The translations under genes were made by a program, and so were the position numbers. DNA of 64,000 nt from assembly GCA_028534125.1 (NCBI GenBank), contig CM052817.1, positions 60,514,001 to 60,578,000 of the forward strand, read 5' to 3'. The notes below the pieces were generated by a model that was not told the DNA's origin, searched no databases, and worked only from the letters and a program-made list of their open reading frames with translations. Each line of letters begins with the position of its first letter. Position 1 is the stretch's first letter. Source of the DNA: Lama glama (Eukaryota). Shown here one piece after another: positions 39,466 to 52,050 of the stretch.

Positions 39466-39828
39466 GCTTCAGGGAATTGATAACAGGATGTAGAATGCAG
39501 CTTTTCTAGGTCACTTTGAATCCAGCCCAAGTTGGTTGTGATTAACACTGCTAACATCGGCAGCTGTTCTAGGACTAATATGAAATATGGAATGGTCTCA
39601 GTCTGGTTCACTCGTGACAAGTATCCACACTGGAAAATCATCACCATCATTAGTGCCCTTGTGGGCAGCATTAGGAGTCTGAATGGTTTTGAAACCGAAT
39701 GCCAGACCTCCCAGAGATGAAGCCCTGTGACAGTAAGTCAGGTTCATTGGAGACTTGTTATGAGAAAAACGGTTGCACTCCTTACGTGGCATCTGCTATC
39801 TAAATGATATGATTAGATCTCCAGGGCA
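39466..39828 (+). mobile_element. LF-SINE (living-fossil SINE), near full-length degraded copy
   Basis: Collinear blocks matching the LF-SINE consensus as I recall it: cagggaattgataa, tctaggtcact..ttgaatccagcccaagttggttgtga (tRNA head and B box), gctgttc, tgaaat, tggtctcagtctggttc, gacaagtatccaca, cccttgtgggcag, ctgaatgg, ttgcact, tctccagggc. Confidence 0.85.
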
Positions 39829-40774
39829 ATTTATGTGAACCACTAAACTGGCCATAAAATACCATAAACTTATGACACATTATTAGTTCTCCCCATTTGA
39901 CACATATAAACATCAATTAAAGGTGGAGACTCTGGGGCTTTTAAGGGATTTAATTCTAATCCTACCACTAATAGTATTAGGTCTTAGGATGAATGGGCTT
40001 GCCCTTTAAGTAGGCAGTGTAGTGTCGGCCAGAATCTTGACCTGTTCTTAACTTCTGGTCTTTAATTGCTGGTTTTTTGTAAATAATCAGTCATGTTATG
40101 TTTTCTAATGTAGCCATGTACTGATTTAATTGAAGACTACAAAATATTTCTGTTCGTTTTCATCTAGGATATCAATTATTCACATTTGCAAACAATATGT
40201 ATAATTTATGTCATTCAGTAAATATAACCACATCATGCAGCAATTTCTAAAGAATGCATTATTAGCAATCGCTATAGTTTAAAAATCTAGTGCAGAGTCA
40301 CATACCTCAGTGGAAAGGAGTCACTCTGACACCTTAGGCATCTCAGTAGCAATGTGAATTTTCTAATAGCAGGAAGATGGATTTACCCCCATGTTGAGGT
40401 GAGAGGTAGTAACTTGGGTGTGGGGTGGAAGGAATGAACCACACACCTGTCTAGGCACCCTCAGTTCACACTAATCAATTAAAGGAGCCAGGTTATCTCT
40501 GTAAAATTGGAATATTCTGTCATTTGATGATTTTACAATCCATCATATTTTATATTGTCATAGGCATAGTTATTGAGGATAGGCAATGAAAATCTAGCAT
40601 AAAAATGTCATAGAGCAACAATGACAACAATAGTAACAACAAGAAAAACTTGTGCCCACCTCCAACAGAGTATAAACCAGTCTGAGGATTTCTGAAGGGT
40701 TATCCTTGAGCATTAAGCTTTTAAAAATCAGAGACATATGTTTTGCTTCTTCTTTTCCTCTGACCGTTATCATC

Positions 40775-41640
40775 AAAGCTATTTTTTAATTCTAAAATAT
40801 TTCAAACATATATATACATAAAATAAAAAAATACAGCACACATTCATATATTTGCTACCAAGATTACACAGATATTAACATTTGTGATATTTACTTTAAA
40901 TGAAAATAAAATTGCAGATATGTGGAAGTCCACTTCTCTCTTTTCCTTCTCCTCATCTTTCATTATAGAGGAATTTGATGTATTTTATTTATATGCAGTT
41001 TTTTTAGCTTTTATTCCATTTTGTATACCCAAAATTATGCCATTATATTATTTTAAGAATTTATGGCAATAATATTCCATGTTTTTAAGGGTTTTTTTTT
41101 TTTGGCCTCAACATTATATATTTGAGACATTCATTTTAATGTATGTATCTTTATTTCATTCATTTACACTGTCATATAACATTCCCTTGGATGAATAAAC
41201 AGCATACATCACAGCTTTATGTTAATTAGATCCTGCAGAAGACTAATTAGGTTGTTTTTCTTTTCTACTAAAGCAAGTAATACTTCAATGAACATCACAA
41301 TATATGTCTCCTCAGACATATGTGTGGGATTTTATCTAGAATAGAGACTTACAAGTGGAGCTGCTGACAGTAATTTATGGGCATATTCAAATCTACTAAG
41401 TGTTGCCAAATTGCTCTCCAAAGTGTTTGTACCAATTAACACTTCCAACAGCAGTGGTTCCCGTGTTGCCTCCTTCTAACCAACTCTTGGTATTGTTTAA
41501 AAAAAAAAAAAGATAATATGATTGTAAACTGGCATCTCATTTGTTTTAATTTCTCTTTCCCTGAAATATCAGTAAGAACTTTGAACAACATTCCATATTT
41601 CATTAGCCAGTAGGGTTGCTTTTCCATATCCAGGTCTTCT
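40775..41640 (-). mobile_element. Ancient L1M (MC/ME-like) 3' region
   Basis: aatatttcaaacata ... aatgaacatcac ... gccaaattgctctccaaagtgtttgtaccaattaacacttccaacagcagtg ... ggcatctcatttgttttaattt. Confidence 0.8.
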
Positions 41641-42899
41641 CTGTTAACCGGTTTGGCGCTTTCATTTTATTTGAAGTAGTTTAACTATTTCAGTGTCAAT
41701 TATTTTGAGTTAAATGACTTGTAACTCTCAGGGTGAACCTTTTCTCAAAGACATGGCATCTAAAAATTTTTCTAAGCAATTAAAACCTTCACTTGCTTTC
41801 TGAAGGTGTGGAGATAAGGGTGTAGCCGACAAATTTTGAGTCATAACATTCAGCAAAACTTCTTTAAAGTTCTGTTCATGCTTTTACTTTCCCCAAAGCC
41901 CCACTTATTTGAGCTCAGTTGCTATCTCTTTTTCTCCCTGAATATACTTCCTCTTTTTTCACTTTCACAGTTCCCTTTCTTCCCCATCTGTGTTTCCCTC
42001 TTAAAACCAATTACTGATGCCTGTTGTCTCCTCAACCCAAACACCTTTGCATCGTCTCTTCCTTCAGAAACATTTGGCTCCTTCTAATATTAATGAGTGT
42101 TTTCAGTTATCTACCCTGGTTGTTAATTAATTGGAGGCTAAAGGGCCCCGAATCCTAGGTATAGGTTAAGCAGGCAGCGAATGGAAGAAGTTGCAAATAC
42201 TCATGTTAACGGTTCTCCCTGTCACACTCTAATCACAAATTTTCCATCTTCATTCTGAATTTAGAGTATCCAACTTTGTTTGTTATACCTCTGCTTGGGG
42301 TTGTTGCCCTCATCCTTCTAGTTTTATAAATTCTGTCCTTGAAAACATATTCATCTCTGGGAACTACATTGCTTTCCCCATGGAATTCACACTTTTCAAT
42401 TTGTGTGTGCAAATTACTAAACTATTGATTCTTTAAAAAAATAATTTTAAATAATTTACCAGATTAATTAAATCTGTATCACTATTAGGGCATAGATTGA
42501 TACCCAGTTTTATCTTTCTTTTTAAACATTTCTCAGTTTATAAATGCACAAAGTTATCTATATTAGACATATTTATTCATATATTGCAAATATGGCAAAA
42601 AACAGTTGATCAATTTTTTAAGTATGTTTTCCATGCTAAGGAAATAGTATGCTAGGTATGTATCATTTGTTTACCATTACTTATTTCAAATGAAAAAAAC
42701 AATTGTTGAAACAGCTTTCATCTGTGATGATTTTCAAGATCATATTATTTTCATAATCGTTGGTTATCTTAAGAATTTATCTTAATTTGGGTATGAAATT
42801 TGCTGAATTTATCTTTGCACTACCTATTCAAACGATGTTGCTAAGCAAATTAAGGACCACTGTTAAAAACATTTCTTTTCAATATGCTAATAAGAAGAA

Positions 42900-43480
42900 T
42901 TTTTAAAAAATCTCACCATGCTTAAATCTTGTAATGGGTACAGGTTACCTGTAAGATAACAGTCAGGCTCCTTAGTGTGACATACAGTGATGGCGTTATC
43001 TGAGCTCCTCCTCCTCTTTCCCAATTTCTTACTGCTCCCTTACTCACAGTGTATTTAATGACAGAAGTAAATGTGATGTAATTGTTTATAATAATGACAT
43101 AATTTCTTGCCTTGCTGTCTGATTATACTTTTTTTTTTCTGTCTGGAATGGCATTACTTCTTTAGTTTGCTGGTCTAAATTATACATATCTAAAAGATTC
43201 AGTTTATGTATCAGTTGACAACTTCAGGAAGGCTTCTTTGTCCAGTACTTTTTAAACTGAGTTAGGTTTTGAGGTTGATTTTCTTCCCATCTTCCCAGTT
43301 ATGCCAAATATATTTCTTTCTTAATATCCTCATTATTCTGGACACATATAAGTCTGTTTTACTAATTAGACTACAAGACCTTTAATTTTAGAGACTGAAT
43401 TTAATTGTTTTCATATGCTAAGTACTTAGCACAATGTCTGGCATATATGTTCAGTGAGTGCTTTGTGCAATGAACTGAAT
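42900..43480 (+). mobile_element. L2 3' region, degraded
   Basis: ctccttagtgtgacatac ... tctgtctggaatgg ... ttagactacaag ... cttagcacaatgtctggcatat. Confidence 0.65.
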
Positions 43481-44487
43481 TATTCTGTGCCTCTTATATA
43501 TGGTTGATGTATAAAATGCCAATTACTTTTTTCTTTTCTTTGAAACAAGCCACGTAAAATTTCAACTAAACAGAAATTTCGTATGTTTTAATAAAGGTCA
43601 TAATGTATTAAAATACAATCGAAAGCATGTATATTCTTTTTAAATATTCTGTAAAGGATCTATTTTTTACTTTTCAAATGATCAGTTCTTCCATTTAATT
43701 GGAGCGAATGCAGTGGGTTATTTTAACATTAATTCTGAGCTAGATATATGTACAAAATGTTTCCCCTAGGCAATAAGTAGAAATTACTAGCCTAAGTAAA
43801 TTCTCTTTCCTTAAATGTGTTCCCTACTTCAAAAATTACAAGAATCGTGATTTAAAACATAATACTGAGAAACTTTTAAAGTGTTAGTAATGTAAACTGA
43901 AATTATCACTTAAGAAAATTGCATCTTTCTATTGAAAATTTCCTTTGAAGCCTACTAATGTAGTTAAAGTTTATTCAGTAGCACATTAAATAGATCTGTA
44001 AAATATACAGGTCAAGTTGATGTTTCTTCTCTGATAGAATTGCCCGGAATTCACCCTGGTTCCCATCCTATACTAGCCTATTATCTATAGATTTTGGGGG
44101 TGGGGGGCCTATCTGCACATGTCTGTTTCCTTTGATGGTCCCTAAAATGGCTTTAAATTAATGCACTCCACATCCGCTGCATTGCAAATTCACTTTTAAA
44201 ACCCAAGTGGTCAAAACGCTCTGTATCCTAACCAAAGATTTAAACTCATATTTCTGATAAGAAATTGAATATTTTCAGTGGAGAAATTATGGTCCATCAT
44301 TGATCATGTAATATTCTTGGTAGTTTCCATTTATGATATATATGTTTATAATTCTGTATAATGAACTCACTAACAGAAATACGTTTGTTTAATCATGACT
44401 GCTGGAAAATGTTAACTTAACATCTCAGAATTCTTAAAGGTGCTTTGGAAGTTCTCTTCTTTGCAGTATTTAAGGGGAAATTGCTGA

Positions 44488-45940
44488 TTTTTTTTTAACA
44501 TTTTTTATTGATTTATAATCATTTTACAAATGTTGTGTCAAATTCCAGTGTAGAGCACAATTTTTCAGTTATACATGAACATATATATATTCATTGTCAC
44601 ATTTTTTTCTCTGTGAGCTACCATAAGATTTTGTGTATATTTCCCTGTGCTATACAGTATAATCTTGTTTATCTATTCTACAATTTTGAAGTCCCGTCTA
44701 TCCCTTCCCACCCTCTGCCCCCTTGGCAACCACAAGTTTGTATTCTATGTCTATGAGTCTATTTCTGTTTTGTATTTGTGCTTTGTTTTTTTGTTTTTTA
44801 GATTCCACATATAAGCGATCTCATATGGTATTTTTCTTTCTCTTTCTGGCTTACTTCACTTAGAATGACATTCTCCAGGATAATCCATGTTGCTGCAAAT
44901 GGCATTATGTTGTCGGTTTTTATGGCTGAATAGTATTCCATTGTATAAATATACCACATCTTCTTTATCCAGTCATCTGTTGATGGACATTTAAGCTGTT
45001 TCCATGTCTTGGCTATTGTAAATAGTGCTGCTATGAACATTGGGCTTCAGGCGTCATCCTGAAGTAGGGTTCCTTCTGGATATAAGCCCAGCAGTGGGAT
45101 TCCTGGGTCATACAGTAAGTCTATTCCTAGTCTTTTGAGGATTCTCCACACTGTTTTCCACAGTGGCTGCACCAAACTGCATTCCCACCAGCAGTGTAGG
45201 AGGGTTCTCTTTCTCCACAGCCTCTCCAGCATTTGTCATTTGTGGATTTTTGAATGATGGCCATTCTGACTGGTGTGAGGTGATACCTCATTGTAGTTTT
45301 GATTTGCATTTCTCTGATAATTAGTGATATTGAGCATTTTTTCATGTGCTTATTGATCATTTATATGTCTTCCTTGGAGAATTACTTGTTCAGATCTTTT
45401 GCCCATCTTTGGATTGGGTTGTTTGGTTGTTTCTTATTAAGTCATATGAGCTGCTTATATATTCTGGAGATCAAGCCTTTGTCAGTTTCATTTGCAAAGA
45501 TTTTCTCCCATTCTGTAGGCTGTCTTTTTGTTTTACTTATGGTTTCCTNNNNNNNNNNNNNNNNNNNNNNNNNNNNNNNNNNNNNNNNNNNNNNNNNNNN
45601 NNNNNNNNNNNNNNNNNNNNNNNNNNNNNNNNNNNNNNNNNNNNNNNNTTCTGGAGATCAAGCCTTTGTCAGTTTCATTTGCAAAGATTTTCTCCCATTC
45701 TGTAGGCTGTCTTTTTGTTTTACTTATGGTTTCCTTTGCTGTGCAGAAGCTTGTAAGTTTCATTAGGTCCCATTTGTTTATTCTTGCTTTTATTTCTTCT
45801 AGGAGAAAATTTTTGAGATGTATGTCAGATAATGTTTTGCCTATATTTTCCTCTAGGAGGTTTATCGTATCTTGTCTTATATTTAAGTCTTTGATCCATT
45901 TTGAGTTTATTTTTGTGTATGGTGTAAGGGAGTGTTCTAG
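44488..45940 (-). mobile_element. Young camelid-type L1, 5'-truncated (ORF2 C-terminal part plus 3' UTR), spanning an assembly gap
   Basis: Minus ORFs encode L1 ORF2 segments ([61 protein letters not shown]...WYIYTMEYYSA) split by frameshifts; poly-T at 44488; degenerate TSD ctgatttttttt / ctgatcattttt with TT|AAAA on the element strand. Confidence 0.97.
45549..45648. other. Assembly gap (100 N)
   Basis: Run of exactly 100 N, a typical unknown-size placeholder. Confidence 0.99.
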
Positions 45941-47231
45941 ACTGATCATTTTTAAGAAGGTTACAAAATAAATCAAATGCAGGATTTTTTGTTGTTGTTG
46001 TTCTATACAAAAGTTAAAAATGCATAGGTAAAACATGACTATTTTATGTCACCTGGTTTTTAGTACCTATTTTTAGCTTCTCTTAATATTTTGACATATA
46101 AGGCATTTTTCCCATTACATTAAGTTCTTGTGAAATGTAATTACCTTTTCCTATTCTCTGCTCCTAATTTAGAGAGCATTTTACAAGATAGAGCACTTTA
46201 TATGTTCAGTGATGGATAGTATTGTCATTTCACACATGAGAAAACCAAAGCTGAGTAGTGATACAAAGGTTACTGAAACTGTATCTATTCTCAAAGACTG
46301 GATTATTCAACAATGAGCTAATAACTAAGAACTTTACTGCTAGTGGTGAGTGCTGTTTGAAAGAGCTAAACATCTAATGACTTGTTATAAATCATTTTAT
46401 TTAAAAGGAAGTTATGCATTTATTTAAACAATGTACATGATATGAAAAAAAATTCAGCTGTATGTTAGGAGAACAGGGTAAACAACTTAGGTATTCCATA
46501 GGCTGTTTTTGAGACAATATATACTTCTCTATTTTATATTGAAATAATGTAGATGATAGTGATATTCTTGGTATCTGGACAAATTATAATATATTGAATA
46601 TTAGTAACATTAAATTCTTAGGGATTTTTACTCGTTCATACATGTGTGTTTAAACCACTCCATAAAGTGGCATTTATCACAGAGCAGCAAGTGACAAAGA
46701 CCAGAATCATTTGTTTTTTGAGAAATATAGACCATTTATGTAACTACTTATAGATTGATTTTTTTATAATGGAGATTTTCCAAAATTTAATCCCAAGAAA
46801 TCTCATGTAGACCTTACCAAAAGATACATCCTCCCAGAATACTTAAAGTTTTCAATTGAAAATGTCAAATGTACATTGAGAAAGCTTAATGTCCATATAA
46901 TAATCTACAAAAATTTAATTCAGATGTAATCCTAACTGTCCTTATGATTATTATTTTCCTTATATTTTATAAAAACTTATCACCTGATTCATGTGGGTTT
47001 CTGAACAACTGGTGTAATAATTTTACAGTTGAACCAGTTGATATGTGACTATGTGTCATTAGCTCAGTAAAAAACTACAGATCTCTAGTAAAGCCATTGA
47101 TTTAATCACCGTGTTTAGCTATAGCTCCCATGTGCTAAATCATACTGCATTTTTAATAGAAAATTATAGGCAATAATTATGTCAACCATAGTTTTTTACA
47201 CTAGCAAATTTTGTAAACCAGGAAGTTATAG

Positions 47232-47398
47232 ATGGATCAAAGTTTTTAGAACTTGACGCATAATAAATCTGGGGCCTCCCTTTAAGAAGAAAAATTAACT
47301 ATTATGAATCCAAATTAGGTATGAGAATCTTTGCAGGAACCAGTGCGAATCAAGGACCCCAAAGCTTAAGCTTCATTAAACTTGGTAAATTTCTCTAC
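47232..47398. mobile_element. hAT-Tip100-type DNA transposon remnant
   Basis: ggggcctccctttaagaag ... aaattaggtatga ... aagcttaagcttcatta..ggtaaat; exact subfamily uncertain. Confidence 0.6.
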
Positions 47399-47462
47399 AC
47401 CAATGCTAGAGAAAGAAATAAATTTTTATTTTTGATAATTTGATGCCTTTTTAGACCCTTAC

Positions 47463-47949
47463 TATTGAGGACTGTGAAGGGTTGATTTTCACCTTACTTG
47501 CAAGCTATCACATTAGCCTTCCACAATTTCATGGATACTGGTAAGGGACACAGAATTTTTGGGTCAGAGACAAAGGAATTTATTGCTGCAGTACAAGAGG
47601 TATACGATTCAGGTATGCCCCAATACCCCTGTCACCCCCTTACCCTACCAGGTTCCATGGAGTTTACACTGAGGGACCCAGGTGAAGGCTGAATACACAA
47701 TAGATTTGCATCATAGCTGAAGAGTCCCAAACAGTAAGCCTGGCTAGTCTTTGCCCTGTGGGGAAACATTATCTTTATTATACTATAAGCCGACTTGCCT
47801 TTGCTCTGGAGTGAGACCCTCGGTTTTCTAAGACTGTTTTCTATAGTAATATCCTTTAGAAGATAGTCTAGAATGAAAGGGCCGTTTTTACCTCTGTTCA
47901 CAAGTTAACACAGAAATAAGTGAGATTCCTAGAGAGCAGTCTCCCAAAA
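47463..47949 (-). mobile_element. LTR40-family ERVL solo LTR
   Basis: actgtgaaggg...cttacttgcaagcta...ttcatggatactgg...gggtcagagacaaagga..ttatt ... acattatctttattatact ... aagatagtctagaa ... tctcccaa, antisense to the LTR40 consensus. Confidence 0.85.
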
Positions 47950-48167
47950 CTATGGCCAAGCAAATCAGAGGATGTTTTCATGACTTGTAAACTATTTTAA
48001 GGAAAGTTTTCTATTTAAACTAGTATATACACCTAGTTAAAAAATAATCCAGTATTACAAAACAGTTTGCTTGTAAAAAGCACCAGCACCCCCAGCCTCT
48101 ACTTTCCCACTCCTCCAAAGGAAACACCGTTAACTATTTAGTTTTTAGTTTTCTGGTTGGTTATCTC

Positions 48168-48827
48168 CAGTGATGTGCTGGTAAATATTTAACAATCAGC
48201 TCTTCAAGTTTGGTTCCAATATGATTGTTGGCTGATATTCCCGTTTATACAAATAATATGAAAATAAAACAACGAATTTCATTTTTCATTAATCATGGGA
48301 TTTTGGGGGGGCTAAAAGTGGATACCAGGTTTTGAACATTAGAAGATTATTTCCTCAGGGTTTTTTTGTGCTATTTACAGTTTAATAGCTATACTAATGA
48401 CACACTTTTAAACTTAACTGCCATCATTGACATTTTCCATTAGTTTCTTAAATCTAGAAAATCAGTAAAACAATAAATCAAGCCCTGATATGTAGCACTC
48501 ACTGGTATCTGTGGTATATTCTTGTCATGACTGGTTTCAACCATGATACCAACATGACATCACTGAGCAGAGTCAAGAGGAAATGTGCAGTTACACCATT
48601 ATGTGGTATTCTGGACATAATCTCAAGAGCCTAGATGGAAGTATGATATATAGTAAAGTAATTTGGAAACAAGTTTTGAGTATTTATTAGCTTTGCTCAT
48701 AATGTATTTTTAGAAGTTTTTATAGTTTTATTTTTAATATTGGATGTGTTTAACAACCAGCTTACAAAATTCCTGAAAATTTACTGGGTCTTGCAAGTTT
48801 GTACAGGCTGGCTCCATCACATCACCA
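48168..48827. mobile_element. MER63 (long form) hAT-Blackjack DNA transposon
   Basis: cagtgatgtgctggtaaatatttaacaatcagctc ... tgtttaacaaccagctt ... gctggctccatcacatcacc (TIR-like ends). Confidence 0.8.
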
Positions 48828-48953
48828 GTTACTTTCATATCTCTAACCAATATATGAATCGTTCTTTTTAATTTATTAATTCTAGACCTTGTCTACCGAT
48901 TATCCATGATAATAGATGAGAATTTAACTCATTTATATTACTTCCCCTTGCCC

Positions 48954-49453
48954 TATGGTAGCTGGCTTCCAACATGGTCCCGAGAGAGACTTTCTTCATT
49001 TCAGCAATTTGTGTATTCTGCTCCCTCATTGAATAGGTCTGATCTGTATAATTAATAGAATTTTGAGAAAATGATGGTGTGTAACTTTTCAGATTAGGTC
49101 CAAAAATAACTTGTAGCTTCTGCCTTTCTTTATTGAATCACTTGTTCTGGGGAGAGCTAGCCTTGTGAGACACTCAGGCAAGCCCTCTGGAGACACCATG
49201 TGGACCTGAGACCTTCTGCCAACAAGGCAGCATGAGGTTGCCAGCCATATGAGTAACCTATTTTGGAAGCAAATCCTCCCGTGGCAGGCTTTGAGTGCTT
49301 GCAGCCCCAGATGCATGAGAGATAAGAGAACCAGAACTACCTAGATAAACTACTCTCAGATTTTTGTACCACAAGTTATGAGATGATAAGTGTTTGTTGT
49401 TCTAAGCCACTAAGTTTGGGGGTAATTTGTTATGGAGTAATGGAAAACTAATA
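48954..49453 (+). mobile_element. MLT1 (F/H-like) LTR
   Basis: ggcttccaacatgg ... ccatatgagtaacctattttggaagcaaatcctcc ... ttgttctaagccactaagtttgggggtaatttgttatg...aactaata. Confidence 0.85.
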
Positions 49454-49504
49454 AGTCCCATTTCTGTTTCCTCCCAGTTCAGTTGTATCAATTCTTCCAC
49501 TGGT

Positions 49505-49860
49505 TTTTCATTCATTTATTCAGCACATTTATGCATACTGCTCACCTGACACGTGCCAGACATTAAGTGAGAGAAATAGAGCAGTGATAAAGTACTGACC
49601 TCACAAAGCTTATACTGCAGCAGGAGAGGGAGGCGATAATTAAGTAAAAATACACTGTAATACTCGATATTTATACATACTATGAGGAAAAACAAAGCAT
49701 GGTTAGCCACAGAGATGAAAAGCGAAGGTAAGTCTCCTGAGGAGCAAACGTTTGGGCAGAAACCTGAATGTGGCATGGGAGGAAGCCACGTGAGTATCTG
49801 GAGTAAGACATTTCAAGACAGAGAGACCAGCAAGTGGAAAATCATGAGGTAGGAAAGAAC
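49505..49860 (-). mobile_element. L2 3' end
   Basis: ttcattcatttattcagcacatttat ... cgtgccagaca ... cctcacaaagcttatact ... agccacgtgagtatctgg. Confidence 0.8.
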
Positions 49861-50249
49861 TGCAAGGTTCCTTTGGTCATCTCTATACCTTTCAACTGCC
49901 TATTTATTAAGTCTAGTTTTTATTCACACCCATTTTTTAAAAAAAATGACTTTGGCTCCACTTTGTGTAAATGTAGAGATTAAAGCTCCAAACTTTTACC
50001 TCTGCCCTCCAAGTTCCATGATCCAGACTCTGACAGTTGTATTTTATTTTGTGTTTTCACAATTGATACTTACTGTCTTCTGTAATCAGTTATTGTTTCC
50101 AGTTTATGATTTGTCTCTGGATTAATTTATGAAGGGGGACCATGAAGCACACCTGCATACTGGTGACTCAACAAATGTAGTTTACCATGGTCAGTGCTCT
50201 GTGATGAAATGTTCTTCTAATCAGTTCAGTGTCACCGTGCCTGTGAACA

Positions 50250-52050
50250 ACCAGGGTCAGTGCTCTTAGAGCTGTAATTGAATGAATAGCCCTGTTTTCA
50301 GTCTCCACCAATGGATTCTGCTTTATTTCAAACTCACGTATTTATTCTGCTAATTTCCTTTGTTTCCTGTGTCACTCCCTCCCATGCGCTCTACTCTGGA
50401 TCCTTTCCATAGACCAATCCCATTTTTGTTGTGGACAGTCAGTATTACTCTTCTAGGCTGGAGACACTGTTTCTTCATCCCCAGTGTCCTGGTTTTTGTC
50501 AGAGAAAATCCTCACATTACTTCCTTGGAAAGGATGTGTTGAAAGAAAACATTCTGATTCCTTACACCTTTAAAAATACCTCTATCTTTCTTCACAGTTG
50601 ATTGATAGTTAATTTAGGCATAAACTTCTAAGTCGATAATCATATTCCCCACTCACTCGCAAAGCATTATTTATGTCATTAGCATTTATTGTTGCTGACA
50701 CAAACTGTAATGCCAATCTGATTCTTATTTCTGTTTCAGTGACTGGTACGGGTTGAATTGTGTCACCCTCAGAAAAGATATGGGGAGGTCCTAGCCACCA
50801 GTACATCAGTATGTGACTTTATTGCCACTAAAGTCACTGGGTCATTTCAGATGTAATTAGTTACAGTAAGATAAGGTCATACTGAAGAAGGTGGGCCCCT
50901 AATCAAATATACCTAGCATCCTTATTTTGAAAAATGACCAGGTGAAAACAGACACACAGGGAGGAATGTCATGTGATGAGGAAGGCAGAGATTAGAGTTA
51001 TGTAGATACAAGTCAAGGAATAATAAAGATTTCCAGCCAACCACCAGAAGCTAAAAAAGAAGCAAGAGAGGATTCCTTCAAAGGTTTCAGAGGGAGCATG
51101 GCTCTTCCAGCACCTTGGTTTCAGGCTTTGAACCTCTAGACTGTGAGAAGATAAATTTCTGTTGTTTTAAGCCACCGATTCTGTGATACTTCGTTAAAGC
51201 AGCCCTGAGAAACTAATACAAAGACCGTGTTTCTTTCTCTCTGGAACAATCTGAAGCATCTATTTTTCTGTAGTTGTCAGCTATTTGACAATAGCTTGTC
51301 TAACAGTAGTTTTCCTTTTTAATTTCTTGTGCTCTGTGCTTTGGAAATTGGATGTTTCTGTCACAGGAAAACTGTTCAACTTTAGAAAATTCTCTGATGT
51401 AGTTAGATAACTTCAATTCACAGTCTCCTCTCTTTTATATTATTTATTTATTTTTGGAATTATTAGAAAACTGTTGGAGCTCCTAGAATGACCCTTTCTG
51501 TCTCTTTTCTCTCTGTTTTATTTTCTGAGAATTTTTTTTAATCTTTCCAGTCTTTCTATTAATTTTTAAAACAATTTAGTCAATTGTTTAAAATCTCTAT
51601 TGGTTCCTGTTTGATTTTTTTAATTTTCAGCTTTTAATTTTTGTATTAGGAAACCACGTATTCTTGAATCTTTCTGAAACACAGACTAGAGGGTTTTGTT
51701 GTTGTGATTGGTTTAAGTGTATTCTAGTTTCTGAGTAATTTTTTTCAGCATCTTGTTTTGCTTTTAAGTTACTGCTTTTCTTCAAATGTCTAATAATACT
51801 AGTTCTGTCAGAATGCTGTGCTGCACTGCACACTGTTCTTGGGTGTGTCTGTGGGGTTTACTGACTGTCAGAGAGAGAGAGATCTACGATTAAGCTGGGG
51901 TCACCTAATGTCCTGAAGGCGGAAGAGTTTGTTTTAAGAGCAGTGGCACTCATACCTAGAGCTCTCAGAGGGATTTTTCCTTGGAGGAAAACCTAGCAGC
52001 AACATGGGGAAAAGGGTGGAAATGTTAACTGTCCCTCTATAGATTTTCAT
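50250..52050 (-). mobile_element. Ancient L1M fragments flanking an MLT1 insertion
   Basis: ttgattgatagttaatttaggcataaacttcta, gccaatctgattctt and T-rich antisense L1 composition on both sides of the LTR. Confidence 0.5.
50744..51220 (+). mobile_element. MLT1 (B/C-like) solo LTR
   Basis: gggttgaattgtgtc ... cagatgtaattagtta ... ccaaccaccagaagcta ... gataaatttctgttgttttaagccac ... gcagccctgagaaactaataca. Confidence 0.9.

Noticed and set aside
39372..39792. Overlapping ORFs of 62-99 aa on both strands
   Set aside because: They overlie the LF-SINE, whose higher GC lowers stop density; no recognisable protein family.
27808..42529. 22-bp identical string ttttatctttctttttaaacat at 27808 and 42508
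   Set aside because: T-rich low complexity with no extension into the flanks; probably coincidental.
44798..46036. Longest ORFs in the track (up to 167 aa)
   Set aside because: Frameshifted L1 ORF2 fragments or their antisense, inflated by the N gap.
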